The notes beneath the pieces were generated by a model. The model had not been told where the DNA came from, did no database searches, and saw nothing but the letters and a program-made list of their open reading frames with translations. The position numbers and the translations under genes were made by a program. A stretch of 63,860 nt of DNA, the filler included. It is 9 parts of 9 records of this genome, joined end to end, with 100 filler letters (N's around TTAATTAATTAA, not from the genome) between each part and the next. Parts side by side here need not be neighbours in the genome. Positions count along the whole stretch, not along the records: positions 23,667 to 30,010 come from SRR31156797_85472; positions 30,111 to 39,166 come from SRR31156797_85579; 7 more parts are not named here. One strand, written 5' to 3'. Below, one piece after another: positions 26,732-36,370 of this stretch. How positions within the stretch are numbered: the stretch's first letter is position 1; each line of letters opens with the position of its first letter.

Positions 26732-29614
26732 ATGGAAGTCCTGGCCGTTATCCTAGTCCTGGGGATATTTTTCTTCCCCTTTGTCGCCGTCATTGCCCTG
26801 TGGAGAAAACTCCGGTCCCTGGAGGATCAGAACGCCGGGCTTCGTTTCCGCATGGACGCTCTGGAGAGCGCTCTGGGGACAGCCCCGCCGGAGGACACAG
26901 CCGTATCAGAAAAGGACTCCGTCCCGGAAGAGGAATCCGATTCGAACGTTGGAGAGGACGCTCCTGCCGGGCCCGCTCCCCCGGCCCAGGCTCCCCGGCC
27001 CGTATCCCCCCTCCCCGTTTTCTCATCAGGAAAAGAGAAGAAGCCCGGACTCGCGAGCAGGCTCAGAAACAGCGCCTTCTGGCAGAGGGCGGAGCATCAG
27101 TTCCTGGAGAACTGGAGCGGTATCGTCGGTTCGGTGATCATGGTCCTGGGCGCCGGGTTCCTGAGCATCTACGCGGCGCTGAAGTTCAACGAGTTCGTCC
27201 GCTTCCTGCTTCTCCTGCTCCTGGCCGCCGTCCCGGCCGCGTTCTATGCTCTGTTAAGGAAGAGGGAGAAATGGCAGCTCCAGGCCCTCTGGATGCGCAG
27301 CATCAGCGGGGCGGTCTTCCTCTTCGCCTGCCTGGGATCGGGAGGAGTGCCCGGCCTGCAGTGGGTGCACAATCCCCTATGGTCCCTGGGGCTGCTGATC
27401 ATCGGAATCGCGGCGAACCTGGGCCTCTCCTCCCTGGGCAGGCGCCAGGAGTTCGCCTCCTTCCACTGCCTGCTGAGCCTTTTGGCCCTGGCGGTCATGC
27501 CTCCCGGAGGCGCCTCCCTGGTGATGGCCGCCGTGATCACCCTCTACGCCCTGATCCACTGCTACCGGCAGCGCTGGGATATCCACCTGCTCCTGGTTTT
27601 GACCGGATTCTTTGCCTATCATGTCTACTGGGTCTTCGCCCTGGACAGCTTTCCGGCAGACGATCTGCGCCTGCTCGGGGCGGGGGCTCTGAGCCTTATC
27701 TTCCTCACGTCCACCTTCGTCCACTACCGGAAGGCCTACGCGGGGCCCCGCTTCAGCCTCCTCCCCTTTCTGGGGCATCTGGTGAACTGGCTCTACTTCG
27801 CCGCGGGGATGTACCTCTATGTGGGCGACAGACCCGAACGGAGCCTCGTCATCCTGGCGGGCAGCCTCCTCGCCTTCCTCCTGACGGGGCAGGCGGAGAG
27901 GAAGAAGATAGGCTGGCTGCGCAGCACGGGACTGGTGATGGGAGAGCTGCTCCTCTGTACCGCGCTGGTCAGCCTGAAGGGCTGGGACGTCCCGACTGTC
28001 ATGATCGCCGGCATTGCCTACGCGCAGGCTCTGCTCTTCCTGCAGATGATGGTGAAGGTGGGAAAGAAGGGGCTCTACCGCTTCGCCCTCAGCGTCCACG
28101 CCCTCGCGGCGGGAACCCTCCTCTACCTCTTCCTTGAGGAACAGGGGCGGAACAGCCTGATCTATGCCGCCGTCCTGACGGCCGCCCTGGGCGCACACCA
28201 TCTGGGACTGACGTCGAGGAAGAGCGGGAGCTGGCTGAGATCGGATTTCCCCTTCCGCCTGAAGAGGGAGTTCTCCCTGACGGGCCTCCTGACCGGAGCG
28301 GCGGCCTGCGTCCTCCTTATCATGATCTCGGAAGAGATGGTCCGCTTCGAGGCCGTCTGCGGCGCCCTTCTTCCCCTCCCCCTGCTGATCCTCCGCCGGA
28401 GATCCGACTCCCGCGGCCTGAGGACGGGGCTTGTCCTGCTCCTGCTCGCCTACCTCGCCTGGAGCAGCGATCTGATCCTGAACGCCCTGAGCTCCCTCCC
28501 CGGACTGGGAATCCTCTTTGCAGGACTCTTTCTGACGGCGGGAGCGACCTTCTTCTGGGAGGAAGAGTCTCCCCGGAGTCTGAGGATCTCGGGGCTGATC
28601 CTGAGCGCCGCCGCCCTGATGCTTCTGGGTTTCAAGCTCCTGGAGCCCCTGTCCCCCTTCGCGCCGGGTATGGCATGGCTGGCCTTCTATGTTCTGCTTA
28701 TGAGATTGCCGGGTATCCCCGGACGCTTCACGCCGGCGGGCATCCTCTTCATAGGGGCCTTTCTGATCCGCCAATTCGACGTTCTCATGGAACTGGACAG
28801 CGCCTGGGGCCCCCTGCTCCACCGCCATCTTTCCGAACTGGCCCTGCTGGCCGCCCTCTATCTGGGCCGTCGGAGAGGGGCCTCGCCGGGAACGACGCCG
28901 AAGCTTATGGTGCGCTTTCGCCGCTACAGCATGGACGGAGGGGTGCTCCTCTTCCTCCTGTTCAGCGCTATGGAACTCTCCTTCGAAAGGCTTCCCGCCG
29001 CAATGGCCCTCGCCTGCCTGGGCATCCTCCTTTACCGGCAGCTCACGGGCAGGGAGCCCCGGATGCTCGGCTACGGCCTGCTCTTCTACGGCCTGTCTCT
29101 CATAACCCTGGCACTGAAACTGGCGGGCTCTGAAGGGGGCTCGTCATGGCTCCCCGGCCTGCTCACCCTGGCCGTCCTCTCCCCGGGGATGTTCCTGATG
29201 CTCCGTTTTGAGGACCTGGGCGAGATCGGAAAAGGAAAGATCTTCGGCCGGCTGGAAGGGATCAAAGCACCCCTCCTGCTCTACACCCTGGCCCTGACGG
29301 CGGCTCTCTACCTCTACAGGCATGCTCCCCCGCAGGCCCTCACCATGCTCTGGGCCCTGGAGTGCTTCCTGATCTTCTCGGCCGGTATCTTCCTGAGGGG
29401 CAAGCACTTCCGCTATGCCGCCCAGGGAGGGCTCATCCTCTGCGTGATCCGCCTGATCCTGATCGATCTCTCCGAGAGCGGTCCCCTGCTGCGGGGGGCG
29501 GTCTTCCTGGCGGTGGGGCTTCTGATGCTGGGAACAAACAGCCTCTACAACCGCTTCCGGGAACGTTTCTCCCCTGAGGGACCGACAGATCCCCAAAAAG
29601 TGGATATTCCTTGA
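26732..29614 (+). CDS. DUF2339-like polytopic membrane protein
   Basis: N-terminal TM, coiled segment, Pro-rich linker, EHQFLENWSGIVGS, many TM helices, and C-terminal RLILIDL....LRGAVFLAVGLLML..LY. Confidence 0.75.
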   Translation: MEVLAVILVLGIFFFPFVAVIALWRKLRSLEDQNAGLRFRMDALESALGTAPPEDTAVSEKDSVPEEESDSNVGEDAPAGPAPPAQAPRPVSPLPVFSSGKEKKPGLASRLRNSAFWQRAEHQFLENWSGIVGSVIMVLGAGFLSIYAALKFNEFVRFLLLLLLAAVPAAFYALLRKREKWQLQALWMRSISGAVFLFACLGSGGVPGLQWVHNPLWSLGLLIIGIAANLGLSSLGRRQEFASFHCLLSLLALAVMPPGGASLVMAAVITLYALIHCYRQRWDIHLLLVLTGFFAYHVYWVFALDSFPADDLRLLGAGALSLIFLTSTFVHYRKAYAGPRFSLLPFLGHLVNWLYFAAGMYLYVGDRPERSLVILAGSLLAFLLTGQAERKKIGWLRSTGLVMGELLLCTALVSLKGWDVPTVMIAGIAYAQALLFLQMMVKVGKKGLYRFALSVHALAAGTLLYLFLEEQGRNSLIYAAVLTAALGAHHLGLTSRKSGSWLRSDFPFRLKREFSLTGLLTGAAACVLLIMISEEMVRFEAVCGALLPLPLLILRRRSDSRGLRTGLVLLLLAYLAWSSDLILNALSSLPGLGILFAGLFLTAGATFFWEEESPRSLRISGLILSAAALMLLGFKLLEPLSPFAPGMAWLAFYVLLMRLPGIPGRFTPAGILFIGAFLIRQFDVLMELDSAWGPLLHRHLSELALLAALYLGRRRGASPGTTPKLMVRFRRYSMDGGVLLFLLFSAMELSFERLPAAMALACLGILLYRQLTGREPRMLGYGLLFYGLSLITLALKLAGSEGGSSWLPGLLTLAVLSPGMFLMLRFEDLGEIGKGKIFGRLEGIKAPLLLYTLALTAALYLYRHAPPQALTMLWALECFLIFSAGIFLRGKHFRYAAQGGLILCVIRLILIDLSESGPLLRGAVFLAVGLLMLGTNSLYNRFRERFSPEGPTDPQKVDIP

Positions 29615-29669
29615 AGGATAGGCTCATTTCCTCCCGTTTATAGGATAAACTGTGAAGGAGATGAAGAAA

Positions 29670-30010
29670 ATGGGATTACCGAAAGGACGGCCGGACGAGC
29701 GATTTCGCTACGGCGACTACAAGGATTGGCCAGGGGACGAGCGCTGGGAGCTGATTGAGGGGGTGCCCTACGATATGAGCGCGGCGCCCAACCGTTATCA
29801 TCAGAAGCTGGCAGGGAAGATATTTGTAAAGATCAGTCTTTTTCTTGAAGACGGGGACTGTGAAGCCTATATAGCCCCCTTCGATGTCCTTCTCCCCGCC
29901 CTGGGCGAGGAAGAGATGGACGATGTCAGCTCGGTGGTGCAGCCGGATATCAGCGTGATCTGCGATCCTGACAAGCTGATCGACCAGGGCTGCTTCAGGG
30001 CCCCGGAGAT
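29670..30010 (+). CDS. Uma2-family (PD-(D/E)xK) endonuclease, 3' truncated
   Basis: RWELIEGVPYDMSAAPNRYHQ, APFDV, VVQPDISVICD, APE. Confidence 0.88.
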
Positions 30011-30110
30011 NNNNNNNNNNNNNNNNNNNNNNNNNNNNNNNNNNNNNNNNNNNNTTAATTAATTAANNNNNNNNNNNNNNNNNNNNNNNNNNNNNNNNNN
30101 NNNNNNNNNN
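30011..30110. other. Artificial contig spacer
   Basis: N44-TTAATTAATTAA-N44. Confidence 0.99.
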
Positions 30111-30237
30111 TCCGGCCGCCCCCAGACTCTGGAGACTACCCCCTAATCTTTAGAGATTCTTTCCCATCCATTTCAATCCATAACATCAAGAAATGAGTTG
30201 ACAAAGCGTTCTTGCTGCTGCATTTTTTGTTGCAGGG

Positions 30238-30257
30238 TACCCTACTGGGGTATGGTA
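30238..30257 (+). promoter_or_regulatory. CsoR operator
   Basis: TACCCTACTGGGGTATGGTA, a C-tract/G-tract pseudo-palindrome, directly upstream of csoR-copA. Confidence 0.8.
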
Positions 30258-30279
30258 CAACCATAAGAAAGGAGCAGAG

Positions 30280-30552
30280 ATGATAAACGAAGAGGTCAAG
30301 AAAGATTCGTTGGTCCGGTTGAAAAAGATAGAGGGCCAGATCCGGGGCATTGCCAGGATGGTGGAAAATGAAAAATACTGCATCGACATCATCAACCAGA
30401 TCACGGCGGCGGAAAAGGCCCTGAACGTGGTTTCCAAAAATGTGATGAAGCGCCATGTGGAGAGCTGTGTCAAGGAGGCAATTTTAAAGGGGGAGGGACA
30501 GGCCAAGATCAACGAGCTGATCGAGACCGTCTATAGATATTCCAAAAAATAG
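30280..30552 (+). CDS. csoR: CsoR-family copper-sensing repressor
   Basis: [23 protein letters not shown] (Cys-His-Cys ligand set). Confidence 0.92.
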   Translation: MINEEVKKDSLVRLKKIEGQIRGIARMVENEKYCIDIINQITAAEKALNVVSKNVMKRHVESCVKEAILKGEGQAKINELIETVYRYSKK

Positions 30553-30553
30553 G

Positions 30554-33094
30554 ATGGACGCCATGGTGAAAGTTGAGAAGATACATGTATCCGGCATGAG
30601 TTGCCAACATTGTGTGAAAGGGGTTACCCAGGCCCTGGAAGCGGTGGATGGGGTGCAGAGCGCCCTTGTTTCCCTTGAAAAATCCAATGCGGAAGTGACC
30701 TTTGAGGAGGAGCGGGTGGATCTTGCGACCTTGAAAGGGGTCATCCAGGCAAAGGGATTCGGGACAAACGATGTTTCTGTGGGGGGGCTGGCCATTGGGC
30801 CCCAGGCTCCATCCGCCCCGGTCCAGATCGGCGCCATGGTCCAGGCCCCGGCCATGGGGGCCCGGGCCCCCGGGAAGCAGACGTTGGATGAGCTTTCCTT
30901 CAGGATCGAGGGCATGTCCTGCGCCAACTGTTCCGGGACCATTGAAAGGGCCCTTAAGGCCACCCCCGGCATCCAAAAGGTGTCTGTCAACTTTTCCATG
31001 GAAAAAGGCTTTGTTGCCTATGATAACAGCCTCATTGATGAACAGGGGGTCCTCGAGGTCGTGAACGGGGCCGGCTACAGGGCCGTGGGGGAAGGGGAGC
31101 AGAAGACCGATGATTACCGCCTTGCCGCCACGGAAAAATTCCGGTTTCTTTTCGCCGTCTCCCTGACCGTCCCCCTGACGATCCTCATGTACACCATGCC
31201 CTTTGGCCATGTCACCACCAACTACCTCATGTGCATCCTTGCCACCCTGGTCCAGTTCGTGTCCGGCCGCACCTTTTACGAAGGGGCATATCATTCATTG
31301 AAAAACCGCTCCACCAACATGGATGTCCTCATTTCCCTGGGCATCTCGGCCGCCTATTTCTACAGTCTTTTTTCCCTGTTTTTCCTTGATCCGGCCGCCC
31401 ACACCTTTTTTGACAGCTCGGCCATGCTCATCACCTTTATCATGGTGGGCAAAATGATAGAGGCCAGGGCAAAGGGAAAAACCGGCATGGCCCTTGAGAA
31501 ACTCATGTCCCTCCAGGCGGACCGGGCACGGGTGATCGACAATGGCCGGGAACGCATGGTCAAGGCGTCCATGGTCAAGGTCGGGGACCTGCTGTCCGTG
31601 CGTCCTGGCGAGACCATTCCCGTGGACGGAGAGATTGTTGAAGGCACCACCTCCATTGACGAATCCATGATCACAGGCGAGCCCCTTCCCGCGGACAAGG
31701 GCCATGGGGAGCCTGTGACCGGCGCCACCATCAATAAAACCGGGGTGATCACCATCAAGGCCGTCCGGGTGGGCAAGGCCACCATGCTCTCCAAGATCGT
31801 CAAGATGGTGGAGGATGCCCAGGCGGACAAGGCGCCCATCCAGCGGCTGGCCGATGTGGTCTCCAATTATTTTGTACCCGTGGTGGTATCCGTGGCCCTG
31901 CTGACCTTTTTCCTCTGGTATTTCGTGATCGGGTATCCGGCTCCTGCGGGACTTACCCGTTTTCTTTTTTCCTTTCAGCTCATGATTGCCGTGCTGGTGG
32001 TGGCCTGCCCCTGCGCCCTGGGCCTTGCCACGCCCACCGCCATCATGGTGGGCAGCGGTGTGGGCCTGGACCGGGGGATCCTCTTTAAACGGGCCTCGGT
32101 GCTTGAAACCATTTCCCACCTGGATATTGTCTTGTTTGACAAAACCGGCACCATCACCCGGGGAAAGCCCCGGGTGTCCGGTATCCATCCCATGGGGAAC
32201 CGGTCGGAGGCGGAGGTGCTTGAAATCGCGGCAAGTGTCGAGGCAAACTCGGTTCACCCCCTGGCCCTGGCCGTGGTCCAAAAAGCGGCGGAGGAAGGGA
32301 TTGAGCCGGCAAAGATCCTGAACGCCAAAGAGATCCCGGGCCATGGCACCCAAGGGGAGCTGGATGGCAAAACGGTGATGGTCGGCAACCTGAAGCTGAC
32401 CCCCCGGGACGGGGACGCCGCGCTTTCCCAGGAGGCGGTCCGGGCGGGCCGGGCCCTGTCGGATGCCGGACAATCCACCGTATATGTCTGGTGCGACAAT
32501 GAGATGATCGGCATCATCGCCCTTGCCGACCAGGTCAAGGACGATTCAAGGGAAGCGGTCGCACGGCTGCACAGGCTTGGCATCCGGACCGCCCTTATTT
32601 CAGGGGACAACCAAAAGGCCGCAACGGCCGTGGCCCGGGAGGTGGGCATCGATGATGTGGAGGCCGAGGTCCTGCCCGGGGATAAAAGCGATATTGTCAG
32701 GAAATGGCAGGCAAAGGGCCTTAAGGTCGGCATGGCCGGGGACGGCATCAACGATGCCCCGGCCCTGGCTCAGGCCGATATCGGCATTGCCGTGGGATCG
32801 GGCACCGATATCGCAAAGGAGACAGGGGACGTGGTGCTGGTCAACAACACCCTGCTGGACGTTGAACGGGCCATCCGGCTTGGCCGAAAGACCCTGGGAA
32901 CCATCAAGGCGAATTTCTTCTGGGCCTTTTTCTACAACCTGCTGATGATCCCCATTGCCGCGGGTGTGCTCTATCCCGCCCTTGGGATCAGCCTGAAACC
33001 GGAATGGGCCTGCATCGCCATGTGGTTCTCGTCCCTCACGGTTGTGGGCAACTCCCTGCTGCTGAAACGGGTCAACCTGAAAAACAACGGGTGA
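30554..33094 (+). CDS. copA: Cu(I)-translocating P1B-type ATPase
   Basis: Two metal-binding domains (GMSCQHC, GMSCANC), [31 protein letters not shown]. Confidence 0.96.
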   Translation: MDAMVKVEKIHVSGMSCQHCVKGVTQALEAVDGVQSALVSLEKSNAEVTFEEERVDLATLKGVIQAKGFGTNDVSVGGLAIGPQAPSAPVQIGAMVQAPAMGARAPGKQTLDELSFRIEGMSCANCSGTIERALKATPGIQKVSVNFSMEKGFVAYDNSLIDEQGVLEVVNGAGYRAVGEGEQKTDDYRLAATEKFRFLFAVSLTVPLTILMYTMPFGHVTTNYLMCILATLVQFVSGRTFYEGAYHSLKNRSTNMDVLISLGISAAYFYSLFSLFFLDPAAHTFFDSSAMLITFIMVGKMIEARAKGKTGMALEKLMSLQADRARVIDNGRERMVKASMVKVGDLLSVRPGETIPVDGEIVEGTTSIDESMITGEPLPADKGHGEPVTGATINKTGVITIKAVRVGKATMLSKIVKMVEDAQADKAPIQRLADVVSNYFVPVVVSVALLTFFLWYFVIGYPAPAGLTRFLFSFQLMIAVLVVACPCALGLATPTAIMVGSGVGLDRGILFKRASVLETISHLDIVLFDKTGTITRGKPRVSGIHPMGNRSEAEVLEIAASVEANSVHPLALAVVQKAAEEGIEPAKILNAKEIPGHGTQGELDGKTVMVGNLKLTPRDGDAALSQEAVRAGRALSDAGQSTVYVWCDNEMIGIIALADQVKDDSREAVARLHRLGIRTALISGDNQKAATAVAREVGIDDVEAEVLPGDKSDIVRKWQAKGLKVGMAGDGINDAPALAQADIGIAVGSGTDIAKETGDVVLVNNTLLDVERAIRLGRKTLGTIKANFFWAFFYNLLMIPIAAGVLYPALGISLKPEWACIAMWFSSLTVVGNSLLLKRVNLKNNG

Positions 33095-33132
33095 GCATAA
33101 AAACAAAGCCCGGTTGATTGATAAGTAAGTAA

Positions 33133-33186
33133 GCCGCCAAAGCACAAAGGAAGAGACGATTTTTTACTCCTCAGTGCTTTGGTGGC
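33133..33186. repeat. REP-like inverted repeat / hairpin between convergent genes
   Basis: GCCGCCAAAGCAC ... GTGCTTTGGTGGC, flanked by AAGTAA/TTACTT. Confidence 0.55.
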
Positions 33187-33194
33187 GATTACTT

Positions 33195-34736
33195 TTATTC
33201 GTTGTTATTGGAAATAGAAGCGTCCTCATTCCCCTCAAAAATAAGTTTCCGGCAATGGTCTTTTTTTTCTGGGGGAGTTGGGGGGAAATGCTTCTCAAAA
33301 AGATCCTTGGCTTTTGTCTGGGAAAGTTTCGGCAATATCCCTTTTATTTGATCAAGGGTGAGATTCCTTTTTATTTCTATAGTATAGTTGAAGCTTAGCG
33401 CGTCCAAGTAATTGGTGAATGCTTCGTTCCATTCTTGCTGTTTCTGAAAAACCATTCCCATCTGGTGGTAAGTGAATCCAATTTCAAACAGGTTGCCGTT
33501 TTTTTGATCCCACTCGATGGCCGTCTGGTAATTAGTCAGCGCTTCGCTCCATTTTTGTTGCTTTTGGAAAACCATTCCGATTTGGTGGTAGGTGTCTCCA
33601 ATCCTAAACAGGTTGTTGGTTTTCTTTTTCCAATCGATTGCCGTCTGGTAATTAATCAGCGCCTCGTTCCATTTTTGCTGTTTTTCGAAAACCCTCCCGA
33701 TTTGGTGGTAGGTGCTACCTAATGCAAACAGGTTGTTGGTTTTCTTGTTCCAATCGATTGCCGTCTGGTAATTAGTCAGCGCCTTGCTCCATTTTTGTTG
33801 CTTCTGGAAAACCATTCCGATTTGGTGGTAGGTATTTCCAATATTTACATTCGTATTATGTTCAATCTGAAGTTGAAGGGAACGTTTGTATTTTTCAAGG
33901 GAAGTGTCAAAATTTCTTTTTTTAAGAAAAACTCCTCCTAAATGAAAGATAATTTCCATTCTTATATCTTGGGGAAATTTGATCTGGTTTGACAGCGAAA
34001 GTGCTGTTTCAAAGGAATCTTTTGCGTCCTCATACCTATTCAGCTCAAGGTACTCCTGTCCCAGCAGTTTCTGGATATTGATTCTTTCCCTGACAATCCG
34101 TTCACGTTCAGGTCCGTTCAGTTTCAGCCGTTCATATTTTTTAATGAGATTGCGGATTCGTTCTTTTCTTTCAGGAATGTGACCCTGCGGCAAGGGAGAA
34201 GGCGGGTCCGGTTCAGAGGCGGCTGGTATTTCTCTGGCGTCGCCTGTGAATTTGAATTTATAGGTGATCCAGTCCCATAGATCCCCGGCTTCCGTTCGCA
34301 GTTTTTCGAAGATGTAGTTATCGGACCAGATGATGGTGATAAACGGATTATCATGGAAAAGGGCTTCCCTTTCGAAATTCAGTTCCGAAATCAGTCCGCT
34401 TTCTTCAATACTGTCCGTGCCCGGGGCAAGAATGCTGTTTTCCAGTCCGAAAACGTGGACCGCATATTCCACCGGTTTTGAATTCCGAACGGATGTCGGC
34501 AATTTTTCTTTGAATTGCCTTCTCAGGGAGACAACCGTGTGGGAGGTCAGGTCCATGTCATGGTGGTTGTATAGGGGAAGTTCACGGATCAATTTCTGAT
34601 GGAGCGTGTTTCTGGTCTCGTATGAGTCAAAGCGGATGATGACGATCGTGGGTTTACTCCTCTGGGCCAGGACAAAGAGCAACTGCTCCCATTGCTCCCG
34701 GTTTGCAGGGGCGGCGTAAACAAGATCTTCACTCAT
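33195..34736 (-). CDS. TPR-repeat protein with an N-terminal degenerate P-loop-like domain
   Basis: N-terminal LNFEREALF...IIIWS...EAGDLWDW; C-terminal 40-aa TPR units TYHQIGMVFQKQQKW..ALTNYQTAI. Confidence 0.85.
   Translation of the reverse strand: MSEDLVYAAPANREQWEQLLFVLAQRSKPTIVIIRFDSYETRNTLHQKLIRELPLYNHHDMDLTSHTVVSLRRQFKEKLPTSVRNSKPVEYAVHVFGLENSILAPGTDSIEESGLISELNFEREALFHDNPFITIIWSDNYIFEKLRTEAGDLWDWITYKFKFTGDAREIPAASEPDPPSPLPQGHIPERKERIRNLIKKYERLKLNGPERERIVRERINIQKLLGQEYLELNRYEDAKDSFETALSLSNQIKFPQDIRMEIIFHLGGVFLKKRNFDTSLEKYKRSLQLQIEHNTNVNIGNTYHQIGMVFQKQQKWSKALTNYQTAIDWNKKTNNLFALGSTYHQIGRVFEKQQKWNEALINYQTAIDWKKKTNNLFRIGDTYHQIGMVFQKQQKWSEALTNYQTAIEWDQKNGNLFEIGFTYHQMGMVFQKQQEWNEAFTNYLDALSFNYTIEIKRNLTLDQIKGILPKLSQTKAKDLFEKHFPPTPPEKKDHCRKLIFEGNEDASISNNNE
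33410..33842 (-). repeat. Intragenic 120-nt tandem repeats (about 3.6-4 copies) encoding TPR units
   Basis: ACCATTCC(G/C)AT(T/C)TGGTGGTA-like block at 33451, 33571, 33691 (variant) and 33811: exact 120-nt period. Confidence 0.92.
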
Positions 34737-35998
34737 CAGATCAACTCCTCCAGCAGCGGGTTGACCCCTCTGATGCCGTTATATTTGAAAACGGCAAGGG
34801 AGAAAAGAAGATCCAGAACGGGCGCGTCGGCGGTATAATAGGCTTCCTCTTTCAGTACCTCCAGATGCTCGGATTTCAGCATGTTTTTCATCTCTTCCCC
34901 AAGGGCGTGAATGCTTTTCTGTGCGATATCCGTCGTGATCTTTCCGCCAAGGGCTATGGTCATGGCCCTGTTCACGATTCGAATCAATTGCCGGATACAG
35001 CCCCCTGATTTCTCCACACAGAGTTCCAGGGCGTCATCCTCGATGAATTGCTTCACATCGATGCGTTTGGAAATGATCTTTTTGAGCATGGGTTTGCTCT
35101 CATCCGTAATTTTGACCATGGGAAGGGTGTGGATCTGGAAGAAATCAGCAGCCGGACTGCTTTCAATGTTGAAATAGGAGTTGATCGGTACGGAAAAAAT
35201 CATGTTGGCATCGATTCCCCGGATAAGGTAGGAGTCTTTGACAAACAGGGCCTCGTAAATCTTGTAAGGTATTTTTTCCGTTCCATCAAAAATAAAAAGA
35301 ATGTCCCGGGCCTTATCCTCTTTTTCTAATGTTTCCCGAAGGTCGGAAAGAATGCTGTTAAACTGATCGATCAGGTTTGACGGGTTTTTTCTGATGGTTT
35401 TGCGTATGGTCTCCGAGGTTGTCGAGGAGGCCGAGAAGATGGATTTCAGAGCGCTTTTGAACTTTAGAAATCCCAGGAAGGAGTTTCCGGCTGAGACTTC
35501 CCCTTCCAGGTTCAATTTGAAGTCTTTTTTCAGCTCTGTTTTGATATCCTTATCGGAAAGCCAGTCATCGAGGATCTTGGCCAGATAATCCGACTCGAAT
35601 GAGATTCCTTCATCATCAATTCTCTCCATCAGTTTTGCGATCAGGATGACAAACAGGTCTTCAGGCTGGAATCCGCCCACTTCCATCTCCTGTTCAATAT
35701 CAATATGGACAGACAGGTAACAGGCGCTATTGTCGATGCCATGGTGGAACCTTTTCAGCTCGATGCTTTTACCTGAACCCCGATGCCCCGAAAAAATGAT
35801 CTTGTGGTAGGTTTTTGTGATCCTTTGCAGTTGATCTTCTTCTATGTTGAGGTTGAATTTGATCTGGTCAAGATAACTCTTGTCCCTGACGGCATCCAGG
35901 TTCACGTAGACTTGTTCATCGGTGGGTTCGATGGTAAAGTCCAATTCCGTTACTTCACGGGCCTGAAATTTATCGGTAACAGGAAATTCATAGCTCAT
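34736..35998 (-). CDS. P-loop ATPase (STAND/ORC-Cdc6-like)
   Basis: Walker A GHRGSGKS, Walker B ILFIFDGTEK, SGGCIRQLIR; TGATG overlap with the TPR gene. Confidence 0.85.
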   Translation of the reverse strand: MSYEFPVTDKFQAREVTELDFTIEPTDEQVYVNLDAVRDKSYLDQIKFNLNIEEDQLQRITKTYHKIIFSGHRGSGKSIELKRFHHGIDNSACYLSVHIDIEQEMEVGGFQPEDLFVILIAKLMERIDDEGISFESDYLAKILDDWLSDKDIKTELKKDFKLNLEGEVSAGNSFLGFLKFKSALKSIFSASSTTSETIRKTIRKNPSNLIDQFNSILSDLRETLEKEDKARDILFIFDGTEKIPYKIYEALFVKDSYLIRGIDANMIFSVPINSYFNIESSPAADFFQIHTLPMVKITDESKPMLKKIISKRIDVKQFIEDDALELCVEKSGGCIRQLIRIVNRAMTIALGGKITTDIAQKSIHALGEEMKNMLKSEHLEVLKEEAYYTADAPVLDLLFSLAVFKYNGIRGVNPLLEELI

Positions 35999-36018
35999 TT
36001 TTTGTAATTCCTCATGAA

Positions 36019-36057
36019 GTGAGATCCTTCCATTTTATTGAGTTGAAAGGATCTCAC
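36019..36057. promoter_or_regulatory. Inverted repeat upstream of the ATPase gene (operator or terminator hairpin)
   Basis: GTGAGATCCTT-N17-AAGGATCTCAC, a perfect 11-bp inverted repeat. Confidence 0.5.
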
Positions 36058-36109
36058 CCGTGGTGGTGCGGCTTTCATCCTTTGTTATTGGCAAGAAAAA
36101 ATCTTTTTT

Positions 36110-36355
36110 TTACTTGCCCAGGGCGTTGGCGTAGAAAATGAGCCGCTCTCCCTGTTTGGAGTGCTTCAGGGAGCAGGAGCGCTTCCCATGGAGAAGCGCT
36201 GACTCGTAGTCCTTTTGTTTAATTGCTGCCACGGCTATTTCCAGTTCTTCCCGGGCATCCGTTTCAATTGTTTGAAACTTGCTAAGATCGCTTTGACAGC
36301 GGTGGCAGGTTTCCTGGCCGCCATAGGCCGCCTTGCAGATCGGACAGACATCCAT
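36110..36355 (-). CDS. Small double-CxxC zinc-ribbon protein with a TPR-like helical hairpin
   Basis: CPIC...CHRCQSDLS, then A...IKQKDYESAL; lies 15 nt downstream of the Hsp70 gene. Confidence 0.75.
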   Translation of the reverse strand: MDVCPICKAAYGGQETCHRCQSDLSKFQTIETDAREELEIAVAAIKQKDYESALLHGKRSCSLKHSKQGERLIFYANALGK

Positions 36356-36370
36356 TATTCATTTCCCCTA

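Noticed and set aside
33410-33842. Regularly spaced repeats considered as a CRISPR array or a DGR template/variable repeat
   Set aside because: The period is 120 nt, in frame and fully protein coding. There are no unique spacers, and no cas or reverse transcriptase gene on the contig.
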